A stretch of DNA of 64,000 nt from the human T2T-CHM13v2.0 reference genome, Homo sapiens. This document shows positions 44,051 through 58,827 of this stretch, in pieces. The stretch lies in the NCBI RefSeq assembly GCF_009914755.1, contig NC_060935.1; one strand, given 5' to 3'. Position numbers and translations under genes: made by a program. Each line of letters begins with the position of its first letter. The first letter of the stretch is position 1. The notes under the pieces are model-generated. The model ran no database searches. It had not been told where the DNA came from and saw nothing but the letters and a program-made list of their open reading frames with translations.

Positions 44051-44934
44051 TAGACTTCCCGTTTCCAGTCCAGCATATAAGGAACTCAGCAGTCTTCACT
44101 TCATCCTAACAAGTAAATAGCTGAATAAACTGAAAAGTCAACAGCTCTTCTTAGATTCATCAGAGAAGTGAGGTCACCCAACAGATTGCTGCCCCTCAGA
44201 TTCCAGAGAAAGACAGGCAAAAACAGAGAATCACAGCTTACCAGAGGAGAAACCCAGGAACAGAAACCTCCACAGGAACCAGTGTCGGTAGGAACTTTGG
44301 AACTGTGATCTACGAACTGCTGGATGCTCAGGGTGCACAACTCTCAGAGTTAAGAACTCCAAGGATACCCAGTCAAAAGGGGATGGCCACACTTTGGGGA
44401 GTTTTACCTCCAGAAGCTCTACCAGGTCCTCACAGAGAGTGTCAGAGGAAAATTCCCGTGTGATTCCAGCAGGGGGAGGAGATTAAGAAGCATTTTTAAA
44501 TACACCACAACATTCTGTTCTTTTTAACAAGTCCTGCCTTCAGGAAAAACGATTTTTCCAGAGCCTAACCTGCTGTTTTATCACAGCATAACCTACCTAG
44601 GGTAAGGGAAATACCCAACTCCAACCCCCTCAAGCCTTCCACTTGGGAGAAGGAAAATACTCAACTCCAGCCCACTCCAGCCATCCTCTCCCACCTAAGC
44701 AGGGAAATTATTGAGAAGCATTCATGAAATTCACAGTCTGAAGACACAGGCTCACCAAAAACCTGAGATGTAATCATAGGACTATGGAATTCTTACCCTT
44801 CCCTCACACGTTACCACTACATGACTAAAGTCCTATTTATTACGGTTCCTTTTACCCAGTACATCATGTCTGCCTTTAAACAAAAAATTATAAGACATAC
44901 CAAAAGGCAAAAAACAGTTTAAAGAAACTGGACA

Positions 44935-45283
<349 letters not shown>

Positions 45284-48200
45284 TTAGAATTATTGGACCA
45301 AATTTTTAAAATATATAATTAATATGGCTAAGAATTTTAGTAGAAAAAGTAGAGAGTATGCAGACACAGGTGCATAATGTGAGCAGAGAGACATAAATCT
45401 AAGAAATAATCAAAAATAAAGGCTAGAGATTAAAAATGCTGTCACAAAAATGAAGAATGCCTTTGCTGGGCTCACTAGTAGACTGGATATGACTAAGAAA
45501 AGAATCTGTGAACTAGAGGATATATCAACAGAAATCTCCAAAGGAAAATAAGACTGGAAAAAAAAACCCAGAATATCCAATAACTGTGGAACAACTACAA
45601 ATGGTATATCATATGTATAATGGGAATACCAGAAGGAAAAGAAAAAGAGAAAGGAACAGAAACAATATTTGAAGCAACAATTCCTGAGAATTTTCTCAAA
45701 TTAATGTCAGACACCAAACCACACAGATCCAGGAGGCACAAAGAACACTAAGTATGATAAATGTCCAAAAAAATACACCTAGGCACATCATATTCAAACC
45801 TCAGAAAATAAAAAATAAAAGAAAAACCTTGAAAGAAGTCCAGGGTTGAGGAAGTGGGTGGAAAACACTTAACCTATAGAGGAGCAAAGAAAAGAATTAC
45901 ATATGACTTCTCCTCAGAAACCATGCAAACAAGAATATGGAGTGAAATATTTAAAGTGATGAAAAAAAAAACACTTAGCATTTTGTACCTGTAAAATTAT
46001 CCTTCAAAAGTAAAGTAGAAATGAAGACTTTCTCAGACAAATAAAAATTGAGGAAATGTGTTGCCAGGAGATGTTGAAGGTCTTCAGGGAGAAGGAAAAT
46101 TATATAGTTTAGAAACTCAGATGTGCATACAAAAAGGAAGAGCATTAATAAAAGAAAACTCTATTTTCTTATTCTTGATTGATCTAGAGATAAGTTTGTT
46201 CAAAATAATAGCATCAATGTACTTGATTACATATACAGGTATATTACATTCATATATATTACATACATGTATAGTTATACATAAGAATATCATTTTTCAT
46301 ATGTATATGCTTATGTATATGTGAAGGAATGACAGCAGTAATACAAGGGATGGGATAGAGGAATTCAGAATATTTTGTTATTATGAGGTACCTGCACACC
46401 TTGTGATGCAGTATAGTTATTTGAAAGCGGACTTGGATTAATTGTAACTGAATATTGTAAACTCTAGGCCAACCACTTAAAAGAAGTATAACTGATATCT
46501 TAACAAAATAAGAGAAAATGGAATAATATAAATGCTCGATTAAAACCACAAAAGGCAAAAAAAAGGCAGGGAAAGCAAAAATAAAAATGAACGACAAGGA
46601 CAAATAGAAAACAGTACCAAATATGGGTAGGTACTAATCCAACTACACCAATAATCATAAATGTCAGGGGTCTAAATACACCAATCTAAAAACAGAGACT
46701 GTCAGAGTGGGTCAAAAAAAATAAGACCCAACTATATATTATCTATAGGAAACCACTTTACATATAAAGATAAATATAGATTAAAATAAGAGATGGAGAA
46801 AGATATACCATGCTAACATATCAAAATAAGTGGAAGTAGCAATAGTAATAAGACAAAGCAGACTTCAGAACAAGGACAGTTATCAGGAATAAAAAGAGTA
46901 TTTCAAAATGTTAAAGGGGTCATACTCCTAAAGACATAACAATCCTTACTATATATACACCTAATAACAGAATATCAAAATATATGAGGCAAAAACTGCC
47001 AGGAGAAATAGATGAATTCACTATTATAGTTGAAGATTTTAACACCCCTCTATGAGAAGTGGACAAGTTCAGCAGGTAGAAAATCAGTAAGAACATCATT
47101 GAACTCAGCAACACCATCAATCAACTAGATGTAATTGATATCTATAGACTACTTCATCCACCAACAGCAGTTTACACATTCTTCTCAAACTCATATGGAA
47201 CAGTCACCAAAACAGACCACATTCTGGGCTATAAAACACAACAAGTTGAAAACAATTGAAATAATATGTCTGCTCTCAAACCACAATGGTTTTAAACTAG
47301 AAATCGGTAACAGAATGATAGCTGGAATAACCCAAAATACATGAAGATTAAACAACACACTTTTAAATAACACATGTGTTAATGAAGAAATCTCAAGAGA
47401 AAATTTAAAATATTTTGTACTAAATTGAAATAAAAATACAACTTCTCAAAGTGTGCGGGATGCAGTGAAAGCAGTGCTGAGAGGGAAGCATACAGCATCA
47501 ATCTAAAAGCGATAAGCTGAGCCTCCACTTTAGAAAACTAGAAAAAGAAGAGCAAATTGAGTACAAAGTAAGAGAAGAAAAGAAATAATGAAAACTAGAC
47601 CTGAAGTCAACAGAACTGAAAACAGGAAATCAAAAAAGAAAGCCAATAAAACCAAAAGCTAGTTTTTGGAAAGACCAATAAAATAGATGAACTTCTAGCC
47701 AGACTAAAGGAAAAAAAAAAAAGAGACGACGCAAATTGGTAATATCAGAAATGAGGGAGGGAATATCATTACAGTTCCCATGGACAATTAGAAATCTTTT
47801 TAACAACTCCATAGCCACAAACTTGATAGCCTAGATGAAATGAACTAATTCCTTGAAAGATACAATCTGCAACAATTCACACAAGAGAAACGACACAATC
47901 TGCCAAAATTCATGCTGAAAGTCCTTTATATATTAAAGAAATTAAATCAGTAATTAGTAACCTTCCAAAACAGAAGCAACAGGCCCAGATTATGGAATAA
48001 ATGATGCCAATTCTATATCATTTCTTTCAGAAGATAGAAGCAAAGGGAATCTTTCCTAACTCATTTTATCAGGTCAGCATTATCCTAATATCAAAACTAG
48101 ACAAGGATATTATAAGAAAATAAAAACCATACATCAGTAACTCTCATGAACACAAATGCAAAAATCCTCAAGAAAATATTAGCTAATTGAATCAAATAAT

Positions 48201-50681
48201 GTGTTAAAAGAATTATATACCACAATCAAGTGGGATTTATCCCAGTTATGCTAGGCGGGCTCACCACTCAAAAAATCAATTAATGGAATACATCACACAT
48301 CAACAGGCTAACAATGATAAATCATATGATCATATTGATCCAGAAAAACATTTGACAAAATTCAACGCCCATTCATGGTTTAAAAAAGAACTCTCAGCAA
48401 GCTAGAAATAGAGGGAATGTCCTCAACTTGGTAAAGAACATCTATAAAAAACATTGAGCTAACATCACATGTAATGGTGAGAAACTCAAAGCTTTCCCAG
48501 TAAGATTAGAAACAAGGGGAGGATGTCCCCTCTTACCACTGTTTTTCAACATCATACTGGAAGTCCTAGCTAATGCAGTTTAAAAATAAAATAAATAAAA
48601 TAAAATAATGGTTATACAGATTGAGATGAAAAAATGAAACTGTCTTTGATCACAGATGACATGATCATCTGAGTAGAAAATAAGACATAATTGACAAAAA
48701 TTCCTGGAACCAGTATGTAATTATAGCGAGGTTGCAAAATACAAGGCTAATATACAAAAGTCAACCACTTTCCTATTTATTAGCAAAGACCAAGTGGAAT
48801 TTGAAATGAAAAACACATTACCATTCATATTATCACTCTAAGAAATGAAACATTTTGGTATACATTTAATAAAATATGTAAAAATCTATATGAAGAAAAC
48901 TATAAAATCCTGATAAAAGATATTAAGGAAGAACTAAATAAATTAGAGATATTCCATGTTTATGGATTGAAAGACTCAATATTGTCAAGATGTCCATTCT
49001 TCCCCATTTGATCTATAGATTCAATGCAATCCCAATCAAAATTGCAGCAAATTGTTTTGAGGATATCAACAAACTGATTCTAAAGTTTCTATGAAGAGGC
49101 AAAAGACACAGAATAGCCAACTTACTATTGAAGAAGAACAGCAAAGTCAGAAAACTGACACTATCCAACTTCAAGACTCAATATAAAGCTACAATAATCA
49201 GGACTGTGTGGTACTGGTAAAAGAAAAAAAATCGTTGAATGGAACAGAACAGAGCGCTCATAAACAGACTCACATAAATGTGGTCAACTGATTTTTGACA
49301 TAAAGCAAAGGCAATCTAAAGGAGAAAAGATAATCCTTTGAACAAATGATGCTGAAAAAACTGGACATTTATGTGCAAAAGGAGGAGTCTAGACATATAT
49401 CTTATGCTCTTCACAAAAATTAACTCAAAATTGATCATAGACCTAAATGTAAAACACAAAACTAAAAAATTTCTAGAGATAACATAGGAGAAAACTTAGA
49501 TGATCTTAGGTATAGCAATAACTTTTTAGCCAGAACACTAAAGGCACAATCCATTAAAGAAATAATTGATAGACAAGGCTTTATTAAAATTAAAAGCTAC
49601 TGCTCTGTGAAAGACACTGTTAAGATAATGAAAAAACATGCCACAGACTGGGAAAAAAATATTTGCAAAAGACATATCTGATAAAGGAATGTTAGCCAAA
49701 ATATACAAATAACTCTTAAAACACAACAATAAGAAAACAACAATCCAATTAAAAAATGGTAAAAGACCTGAACAGACACCACCAAAGAAGATACACAGAT
49801 GCAAGTAAACATATGAAAAGATGTCCAATATCATATATTATTAGAGATATCACTCTTGAATTAAAAGAATTTAAAAAATGACATATCACTACATGCCTAT
49901 TAGAAGGAACAAAATAGAAAATACTGATAATACCAAATGCTGGTGAAGATGTGGATCAGCAGGAACGCTCATTCATTGTTCATGGAAATGCAAAATAGTA
50001 CACAACTTAGTACAGGACACTGGCAGTTTCTTATAAAACTAACATTCTCTAATCATACAATCTAGTAATCATGTTCTTTGGTTTTTCTCAAATAAAAACT
50101 TATGTCCACACAAAAACCTACACAGAAATGTTTATAGCAGCTTCATTCATAATTGCTCGAACCTGGAAACAATCAAGATGTCTTTCAGCAGGTGAGTGGA
50201 TAAATAAACTGTGGTACATCCAGACAATGAAACATTCTGCACTGAAAATAAATGAGCTACCAAGCTATGAAAAGACGCGAAGGAAACTTAAATGCATTTA
50301 AGTGAAAAAAGCCAATCTCATAAAGCTATTATGCATACTGTAATATCCAAACTATCTGGCATTCTAGAAAAAATAAAACTATGAAGATATTAAAAAGATT
50401 AATGGTTGCCAGGGATTGGGGGAGGGATGAATACATAGAATACAGAGTATTTTTTTACGGTAGTGAAACTATTCTGTATGATACTGCAATACTACAATGG
50501 TGGATAGATGTCATTATACATTTGTCAAAACCTATAGAATGTACACCACCAACAGTGAACCATAATATAAACTATAAACTCTTGGTGATAATGATGTCAA
50601 CATAAGTTTATCTGTTGCAACAATTCTACCACTCTGTTATGAGATGTTGATAATAGGGGAGTCTGAGAGGGAGGGACGGGC

Positions 50682-50799
50682 TATATACATGTATATACAC
50701 ACACACACACATATATATACATATATATACACACATTATATATACATATATACACACACATATATACATATATACACACACATACATATATGTATGTAT
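50682..50799. repeat. Compound (TA)/(CA) microsatellite in the L1MC 3'UTR
   Basis: tatatacatgtatatacacacacacacacatatatatac... Confidence 0.95.
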
Positions 50800-50879
50800 A
50801 GAAACTCTCTGTACTTTGCACTCTATTTTTTGTGAACCTGAAACTGCTATTAAAAATTGTTTATTAATTTTAAAAAACA

Positions 50880-51800
50880 TGTAAAGGAGAAAAGAAATAA
50901 AATTCACCATTCACAAACAATTTGGTTGTATATATAGAAATAAATTTAAAACCTAAAATAAAGTATTAGAATTAAGAAATATATTTAGCAAGATCATTGG
51001 ATATGAGGCTAATATGAAAATATATTTATTTCAAATATTTGCAAAAAATAGAAAATAAATTTTAAAAAACAATAAATCTACAAAATATACAGGGTGTTTA
51101 CATACATCCATTAAAACCCTACAAAATATTACTTTAATAATTTTCTGAAATCCTAAATAAATAGATGGACATATTCTGCTCATACATTGGAAATCACAAC
51201 ATTCTTAAGAAGTAAATTCTCCCTAAATTGATATATAAACACATTGCAATCCCAATTAAAATCCCAGTAAGTATTTTCTTTTAAATTGACAAGTATATCT
51301 AAAATGTATATGTAAACACAAAGGCCCATAATCAGTAAAAAAAATTTTGAGTAAGAACAAAATTAAAGGAGCTGACTGCCTTATGAATTTATTGTGAAGC
51401 TACAGTTAGTAAATAGCTTGCATTGATACAATGGTAACCAATAGACATAGAACAAAATAGAACAAATATCTGCTACAACATTTAAACTCAAAGACATTAT
51501 GTTGAGTGGAAAAAGTCAAACACAAGAAAAGTGTATACTTTATAGTTCCATTTATATGAAGTTCAAGAAGAAAACAAAATTAATCTATGGTAATAAGAGT
51601 GAGAATAGTTACTATCTTTCAGGGGTTATGATTGGGAGGGAGGAAGAGGGAGTCTTCCAGGATACTAGAAATGTTCTATATCTTGCTATGGATGGTGGTT
51701 ACACACATAAAAATGTGGTGGAATATAAACACATATAAAAATTTAGTGAAAGATACACTTAAGATTGCATATTTTACCACACGCATGTTATACTTCAATG
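50880..51800 (+). mobile_element. Continuation and 3' end of the host L1M(E)
   Basis: ORF2-like ttctccctaaattgatatataa...gcaatcccaattaaaatccca, then 3'UTR gaaaaagtcaaacacaag. Confidence 0.78.
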
Positions 51801-51806
51801 TCCCAA

Positions 51807-51808
<2 letters not shown>

Positions 51809-51859
<51 letters not shown>

Positions 51860-52178
51860 CACATATACATATATATATTCATTTATGTATTTATTTTTAG
51901 ACGGAGTCTCGCTGTCATCCAGCTTGGAGTGCAGTGGCCCAATCTCGGCTCACAGCAAGCTCTGCCTGCTGGGTTCATGCCATTCTCCTGCCTCAGCCTC
52001 CCGAGTAGCTGGGACTACAGGCACCTGCCACCACACTTGGCTAATTTTTTGTATTTTTTAGTAGAGACGGGGTTTCACCATGTTAGCCACGATGGTCTCG
52101 ATCTCCTGACCTCGTGATCCACTCACCTCGGCCTCCCAAAGTGCTGGGATTACAGGCGTGAGCCACTGTGCCCGGGCC
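51809..52178 (-). mobile_element. AluY whose tail has become a (CA)n/(TA)n microsatellite
   Basis: Y diagnostics (gcaagctc, ttcatgccattctc, gatggtctcgatctcc); TSD AATGTCCCAAAT at 51797-51808 and 52179-52190. Confidence 0.93.
51812..51852. repeat. (TG)n microsatellite, ~20 units
   Basis: Pure dinucleotide run. Confidence 0.97.
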
Positions 52179-52619
52179 AATGTCCCAAATTTTAAAATAA
52201 AGAAGTACTATTCTTTATTTACACAAATCCTTAAGTAATATATGTTATATTGTGAAAATGAAAATAAATACCATTTTTTTAAAGTTACTTCCCCATTTGT
52301 TGAGGTAAAATGTTTAACCTAGCTGGCCTCTAGAGACTACTTCAGAGATCAACACAACTATTGCCTGAGCCAAAAAGAGATCATCTGACATTTGGCTATG
52401 GACAAGCCATGCTCTTCAGAATAGGAACAAAACTGAAATTATAAGATCTCAAGGTGTCTGAAAAATATATGTATTTTTGTCTTGGTTCAATAAAAGGGAC
52501 ATACTGTCTACCTGCTCTAGCTAGAAGTAAAATGACACCTTCTATGTGACCATTATCATCCGAAGACAAGTAGCTGGGGAATTAGGAATGAAGCAATCTA
52601 GGAAAGGTACAAAGTTTCT

Positions 52620-53165
52620 CCAACCTTTAATTTCCAATCATCCAAACATTTACCCTTAGAATAAAACCCAAAATCCTTCATATAGCTTAAAAGGTCCCCC
52701 ATGTTCTGGAACCCACTTACCTCTCCAGCTATTCTCACCACTCTCTACTCTCTCCCTCATACTACACAGTCTTATTGTACTGAAATTCTTTAAATTCCCC
52801 CAAAGCACCAGCTGCTATCTGCTATATTCCTTCTCTCTTGTGACCTTCACACCTACTCCTCCCTCTGTCTGAAACATTCAACCACTCCATTTCATCTAAC
52901 TAACTCCTATTCATTCAGTTATAATTTAAAAGTCATTTCCTCAATAATGCCTTCAACAGTCCATTGTAATATTATATTACCTAAATCATGACTTTTGCCA
53001 TACTTTGTTATAATTAATTTACCATCAATCTTCTCTATCAGACTATAAGCTCTATGAGGCCAAGAAATCCATCTGTCTTGCTCACTACTATATCGTTATC
53101 AGGCACAGCCATTGGCATATGGTAGACACTAAACAAAAATATGTGGAATCAATGAAAATAAATGA
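52620..53165 (+). mobile_element. L2a 3' end
   Basis: ccttagaataaaacccaaaatcct...agactataagctctatgaggc...ggcatatggtagacact...gaatcaatgaa. Confidence 0.85.
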
Positions 53166-55624
53166 TCAGAAGATTTAGCATGCAGTAAATCTTACTGGAT
53201 CCTTAGAACAATCAAATAATATTTTGTGCACTTAAATTTAATACTATGTTTTAATCAATGTTTATTTTCTGTAATTTTTTTCTGCCATAGACTTCAGTTC
53301 TTTTTAATGTAACAAAAGGTTGGCTATGCTTAGAAAACCACAGAAAACATTTCAAAGGGAGTACTGGTAGTAGTAGAGAGCCAAGTAAAAAGGGGGAAAA
53401 ATACAATATCAGGTGTAAACCCACCCACCCCACCAGGAAATTCTTCTGGGGTATATACTCTGAGCACTGAAGTTTTGTGTAGTTTTTCTTAATAATGGGA
53501 GTCTTCTTTTATTTGAAAAAAAAAATGACCTACAAATGAGTGATAGCTTACAAATTCAATGCAGTCTAGGTCAGACCATTAGTCTTTAGAAGAATCATTT
53601 CTGTCAGAGTTAAGGTGGTAAATTAAGTAATCACCAGGATTTTGAAAACTTCTATCACAAAATTTTATATCAATTTTAACCTGTATTCATTTTCAACATT
53701 TACATTTTAAGTGAAAAGATAATAAAAGCTGAAAGTATGCTTTTGAAAAGGAAAAAATGTTGCAGCACCAAAAACAAGATCGAAATCTAAATATGTTCCC
53801 TTTTCTTATTATTTTGAGGGGGGAATAGAAAAAATGAAAACAAATTATCAACTAAGTACTGTTCTGCAAAAATTTCAAACACTGAGCAGTTCTTTTGATT
53901 ACATAAAGCACAAAGGCTCTTTCAACAGCTCCCTAAACAGCTTGATGATGAACTTGATGTTCTTCTTAATCCTCTCTTCAAATTTGACAACTGTTAATAG
54001 TGTCAAAGAGAATCCATCTATAAACTAAATTGGAGGCTAATGTTATACATCTATGAGTTTTGGCTCTATATGAGCATCAAATGTGCGAACATAACTTCTT
54101 ACTACTAAATGGCAAGTCAAGCACATCAACAATGTAGTCCTGAAAACCAGTCAGCTCTTAGTATACAAGGAGTGTGTACATTTATTGGTCTAAATGAATA
54201 TAGGAACATATAGTAAAATATATAAACACAGACCAGATACTGAACTAAAGTGAGGAGGAAAATCACTGCCAAGATAGGCAGAAACATTTCTTAGGAAGCT
54301 GAAATGTAACACTGCTGAACAAACGAAAATAGTGAAGCCAGTCTAAAAGTGTGCTCTTTAAAAGAGACAATGTCTCAGAGTGCAAGTTCTGTAAATCATT
54401 AGCTATAGCCACAAACCAAAGTGTAATATTTAAAGAAGAGAGCTGCATACCATACCAATAAACTGTCACAAGGGTGATAGTATCTGTAGCTGTGCTATCC
54501 TTAGAGAGTGCATTTGCCAGGTAACATAGTGCTTTTTACATATGAAATTATGTTTTCCATACAGATGTTTGAAATATATAGGCATTGGCTTTACTGCAAT
54601 AAATGCCCCTGTGACTCAACCAAAGGAAGAAAAACTGTGGTAACATCTTGAGTTCAGATCAATGATGCATTTAGATCAAAGTGCAGAGAAGAATTCTTAG
54701 GTCTTTCCTGAGTTTGATGTAAGAATCTTAAAAAGCAAAATAGTTAGTGGCTGAGAAATACTATTCTATGGCTATGTGACAGTTCCAAACCTAAAAAATC
54801 TACCATTTCAATTAGTTGCTAAATCTTTATTTAATATCTACTCTATTCTCAAACATCACAAAACTTGCCAAGTTATCCACCGCCAGATGATTTTTCTCCC
54901 TCAAATTCACCTGTCTTTGTCACTGTAAGATGTTCTCAAAATCCAAAACTTAAACATTTGCAGGTAAAGTAAGCATTTTGATAATTAGGGAGTTTATGTC
55001 AAGTGGCTTTTATCAAGGATAACAACAGTAATAAAAATATTAATAATAACAATGATGGTGATGAACTCTAAACTTAAAAGAGACTCCAATGCGAGTTGAA
55101 ATTGCTTAAGAACAATAGCCTTGATCCTAATTTATAGTTTCCCAAAGAACCCTAGAGTTCTCCTAGATGTAACTTACTCTGTATCACAATACTAAGTCCT
55201 AATCACTCCCATTGCATTCCTAACCAAAACAAAATTTCCAGGAGTAATTATATGCAGCTTATTATAGCTTCAATTTGTACTATAGAAAGTGAAAGTATTC
55301 TATGCTTTCTATTTTAAACTTTTGCAAGGAACTATTGTAAGCCATTGAATAGAATCCTTGATACACCTTCAAGTAAGCTGCTCATCAGATATGGAAGAAA
55401 GGATAATCCATAGTACCTGAGAGTTTATATATTTGTTTTCTCAAAGTCTTCAAGTAACAGTGACTGGGCATTTGGCACTTCCAGTAATTGCAGAATATCA
55501 GGACAGAATTCCAGGTCTAAGTAACATAATTCATGGTAACATAATTCATAGTGGAAAAGTAAGCTTCAAATTGTTTTGGGGTGTTCATCAGGAAAGGCAT
55601 TTTGCATATAAAAACTCATGGTCA

Positions 55625-56690
55625 AAATGTATTTTTTTTAACTTCAAACATACCAAAATTGCAAAAATAGTACAGAGATTTCTTACAGATCCTTCATCCA
55701 AAGTCCTCAAATGTTAACAGTTTATACTCATTCTATCATTTATATTCTCTATCTCTCCCTGTCTCTACAGTACAATATTTTTAGTACTTTTATTCTTTGG
55801 ACTTAAAATACATAGTCAAAATACTGGTCCAATGTTATTTAGGTAGTTCCACCCACTACCCCTATACATGCTCAGTATGGTTATATCATCTGAAATACAG
55901 TTAAATCCCTTTGTCTCTGTGTGTAATCATTTGGGTTCTTCATTCATGTTTGTTTGTTTGTATATTTAGTATGAGAAATAGTAGTATGGTTCTGAAATAC
56001 ACAAATATATGAAAAGTAGTCACTCAACTACTAATCCCCATCCCATCCCTTCTACCCTACTCACACCAACCCCATCTTTTCTACTCCATTTGCACCCATC
56101 ATCTCTAGATAACCAGTCTCAATAGTTTATAGTTTACCCTTCCTCTGTTTCTTTCTGCACAATTGAACAGATATGTGTATGTTATCTCATTTCTTCTTCC
56201 TTCTATACAAAAGATGGCACTCTATAAACATTCTTCTAAATTTATATTAAATTACATTGGAAATCACTTCATACCAAATTACAGATAGTTTCTTCAATCT
56301 TTTTTATAGCTACATATACTCCATTGTGGGACTGCAGCATAATTTATTTAATCACTCTCCTATATGCATATGTAGGTTGTTTGCAATTACAAATAATAAG
56401 TCAACAAACAGCTTTTTGCATATCTTTTTTCATATCACTGAAGGTGTATCTTCAGGGTAAATTCCAAGAAGAGGACTACTGGATCAAAAGAAAGTGTATA
56501 TGTTGTTTTGACAGATGCTGTGAAATTTGTTTCTGAAAGACTTATAATAACTTCCATGCCCTCCAAAATTAGAATACCTGTTTCTTCACAACCTTGACAG
56601 AAGAATGTGTTTCACATCTTTAATTTTCAACAATTCAATGAGCTAGAATTGTCATCTCAATATAGTTTTAATTTGCATTACTTGGATTAC
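55625..56690 (-). mobile_element. Old L1M(C/E) 3' region (host; resumes at ~60550)
   Basis: Reverse 3' motifs: taatttatttaatcactctcc, tagttttaatttgcatta. Confidence 0.75.
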
Positions 56691-56691
56691 C

Positions 56692-58825
56692 CACTTCTAG
56701 CCAAGACGGAGGCTGAATTTACCCTCCTGCAAAAAAAAAAAAAAAAAAGAAGCTTAAAAAACTTTGAGAAATAAGGTTTCAAGATTGCTCATCAAGCAAC
56801 AAAGAGCAGTATCCCTTGAGAGAGAGTAAACAAATGAGTGAGCCCTACCATTTTCCCAGCTTACTGCCTGGAGAGAGTTTCCAGGCTACAGTACAAGGTA
56901 GAAGAACTCAGGTAAAGCCTATTTTCCAGAGTCAAGAGATTGAACTAAAAGTTCAAAAAGACTTAGGTGGCTAGAAATTACATGGCACAGTACTGAAGAA
57001 TGACAAGCTTCAGAGAAAGGAATCCAGAGATCTGCAGAGGGGTCCCTTGAGTGCTCTACTGAGTACGACGGCCAGATGCATGTGAGAAAACTCATGAAGC
57101 CAGAAAAAGAATTGTCTGAAAGGATTAGAGAGACCCATCCCAGCTGCTCATAAAGGCCTGGGAATAGTCCTATCTTCACTAGCCAACGTGGAAATAGTCA
57201 TGATTTGGTGCATCACACAGAAAATTCAGAAGGGCTTTTAGAAGCCTCAGTTGTGGGGTAAAACTAGCATTAGACTAGATAAATCCTGCCTTATCCTGCT
57301 TGGAAACTTAAAAACAATACCCTAAAGGATCAAACTGTTTCCAAGAAACTTAAAGCATCCCAAGACAAAGCCTAAGAATATTTATAGGAATATCCAACAA
57401 GGTAAAATTCACCATGGCTAGTATTCAACTTTTTAAAAATCAGGTGTGCAGAGAAGCAGGAAAATATGACCCTAATGAGGAGAACTATCAATCAAATGAA
57501 ACTGAACTAACGATGACAGAGATATTAAAATTAACAAAGACATTAAAAGAGTTATTAAAACTATATTTTTTACATGTTTGCTAAGCTAGTAGAAAGATGT
57601 AAAAGGTTAAATGGAGGTATGAAACACATGTAAACAAAAAATTATTTTAATCAAATGTCTAGAGCTAAAAACCAAAATGTCTGAAATGAAAAACATACTG
57701 AATAAATCAAATGTCCAATTAAATATTGCAGAAAAAATTAGTAATCTTGTTGACATAGCAGTAGAAACTATATAAAATGAAATGCAGACAGAAAATGTAA
57801 AAAAAATGAACAGAGCATCAGTAAGCTGTGAGACAATATCAAGTGGTCTAATATATGCATAACTAGAGTCCTCAAATATAAGGAGAGAGGAAGAAAAAAT
57901 ATTGAAAATATAATGGCTGAAATTTCTTCAAATTTGATGAAAACTATAAATCTTTAAATTCAAACCAAGCACAAGAAATATGAAGAAAACTACACAAAGG
58001 TACATCATAATTAACTTGCTTAGAACCAGTGAATTAAAGAGAAAATTCTGAAAAGTAATCCCCCAAAAAGGCAGGTTATTGTAGAGGAACTAAAATCATG
58101 TGACAGCTGATTCCTCATTGAAAACAACTCAGGCCAGAAGACAATTGTGCAACATTTTTAAGTACTAAAATAAAAAATAAAACTCTACCTAGAATTCTAT
58201 ATCCAGCAAAAATATCTTTCAAACAAAAAGATGAAATAAAAAATTTTAGACACATAAAAGCTGATAGAATTTATCACCAGCAGATCTGGACTGTAAGGAA
58301 TATTAAAGGAAATCCATCAAGCAAAAAAATTATATTGAAGGAGATCTGTATCTACAAAAAGGAATTAAGAGTAACAGAAATAACAATAACATGGGTGTAT
58401 ATTTAATTTTTTCTTTTTATTTAAATATTATTTAATGATAATTTGCTGTTTAGAGCAAAAAGAATATCAATGTATTTTAAGATTTATAAGATAAGTAGAA
58501 TCCAAATGTATAACAACAATAATAAAATCTGGAAGAGAAATTAAAGTATACGTTTATTGTACTATAGTGTAAATACTATGAACATCTCTTGAAGGTGGAC
58601 TGTAAGTTGAAGATGTATACAATTAAACTCCAAGGCAATCACCAAAATAATGCAACAGAAAGTCATAGCTAATAAACCAGCAAAAAATATACATGGGATT
58701 ATTTTAAAAATCAAAAGAAAGAAAAATAACAGACTGTATCGTGCATATAAAAAACATGAGCAAAATGATAGACTTAAATACAACCATATCAAAGCTCACA
58801 CAGATAATCCCAATTAAATATACAT
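56692..58825 (+). mobile_element. L1M (MD/M4-like) 5'UTR plus ORF1 remnant
   Basis: Start cacttctagccaagacgg; ORF1-like aacagagcatcagtaagctgtgagacaa, ctagaattctatatccagcaaaa. Confidence 0.8.
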
Positions 58826-58827
58826 GG

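Noticed and set aside
46620-50250. Possible intact L1 ORF2
   Set aside because: Many stops and frameshifts; no long ORF in the track.
51632-52117. 161-aa ORF
   Set aside because: Chance read-through of the L1 3'UTR, (TG)n and antisense Alu.
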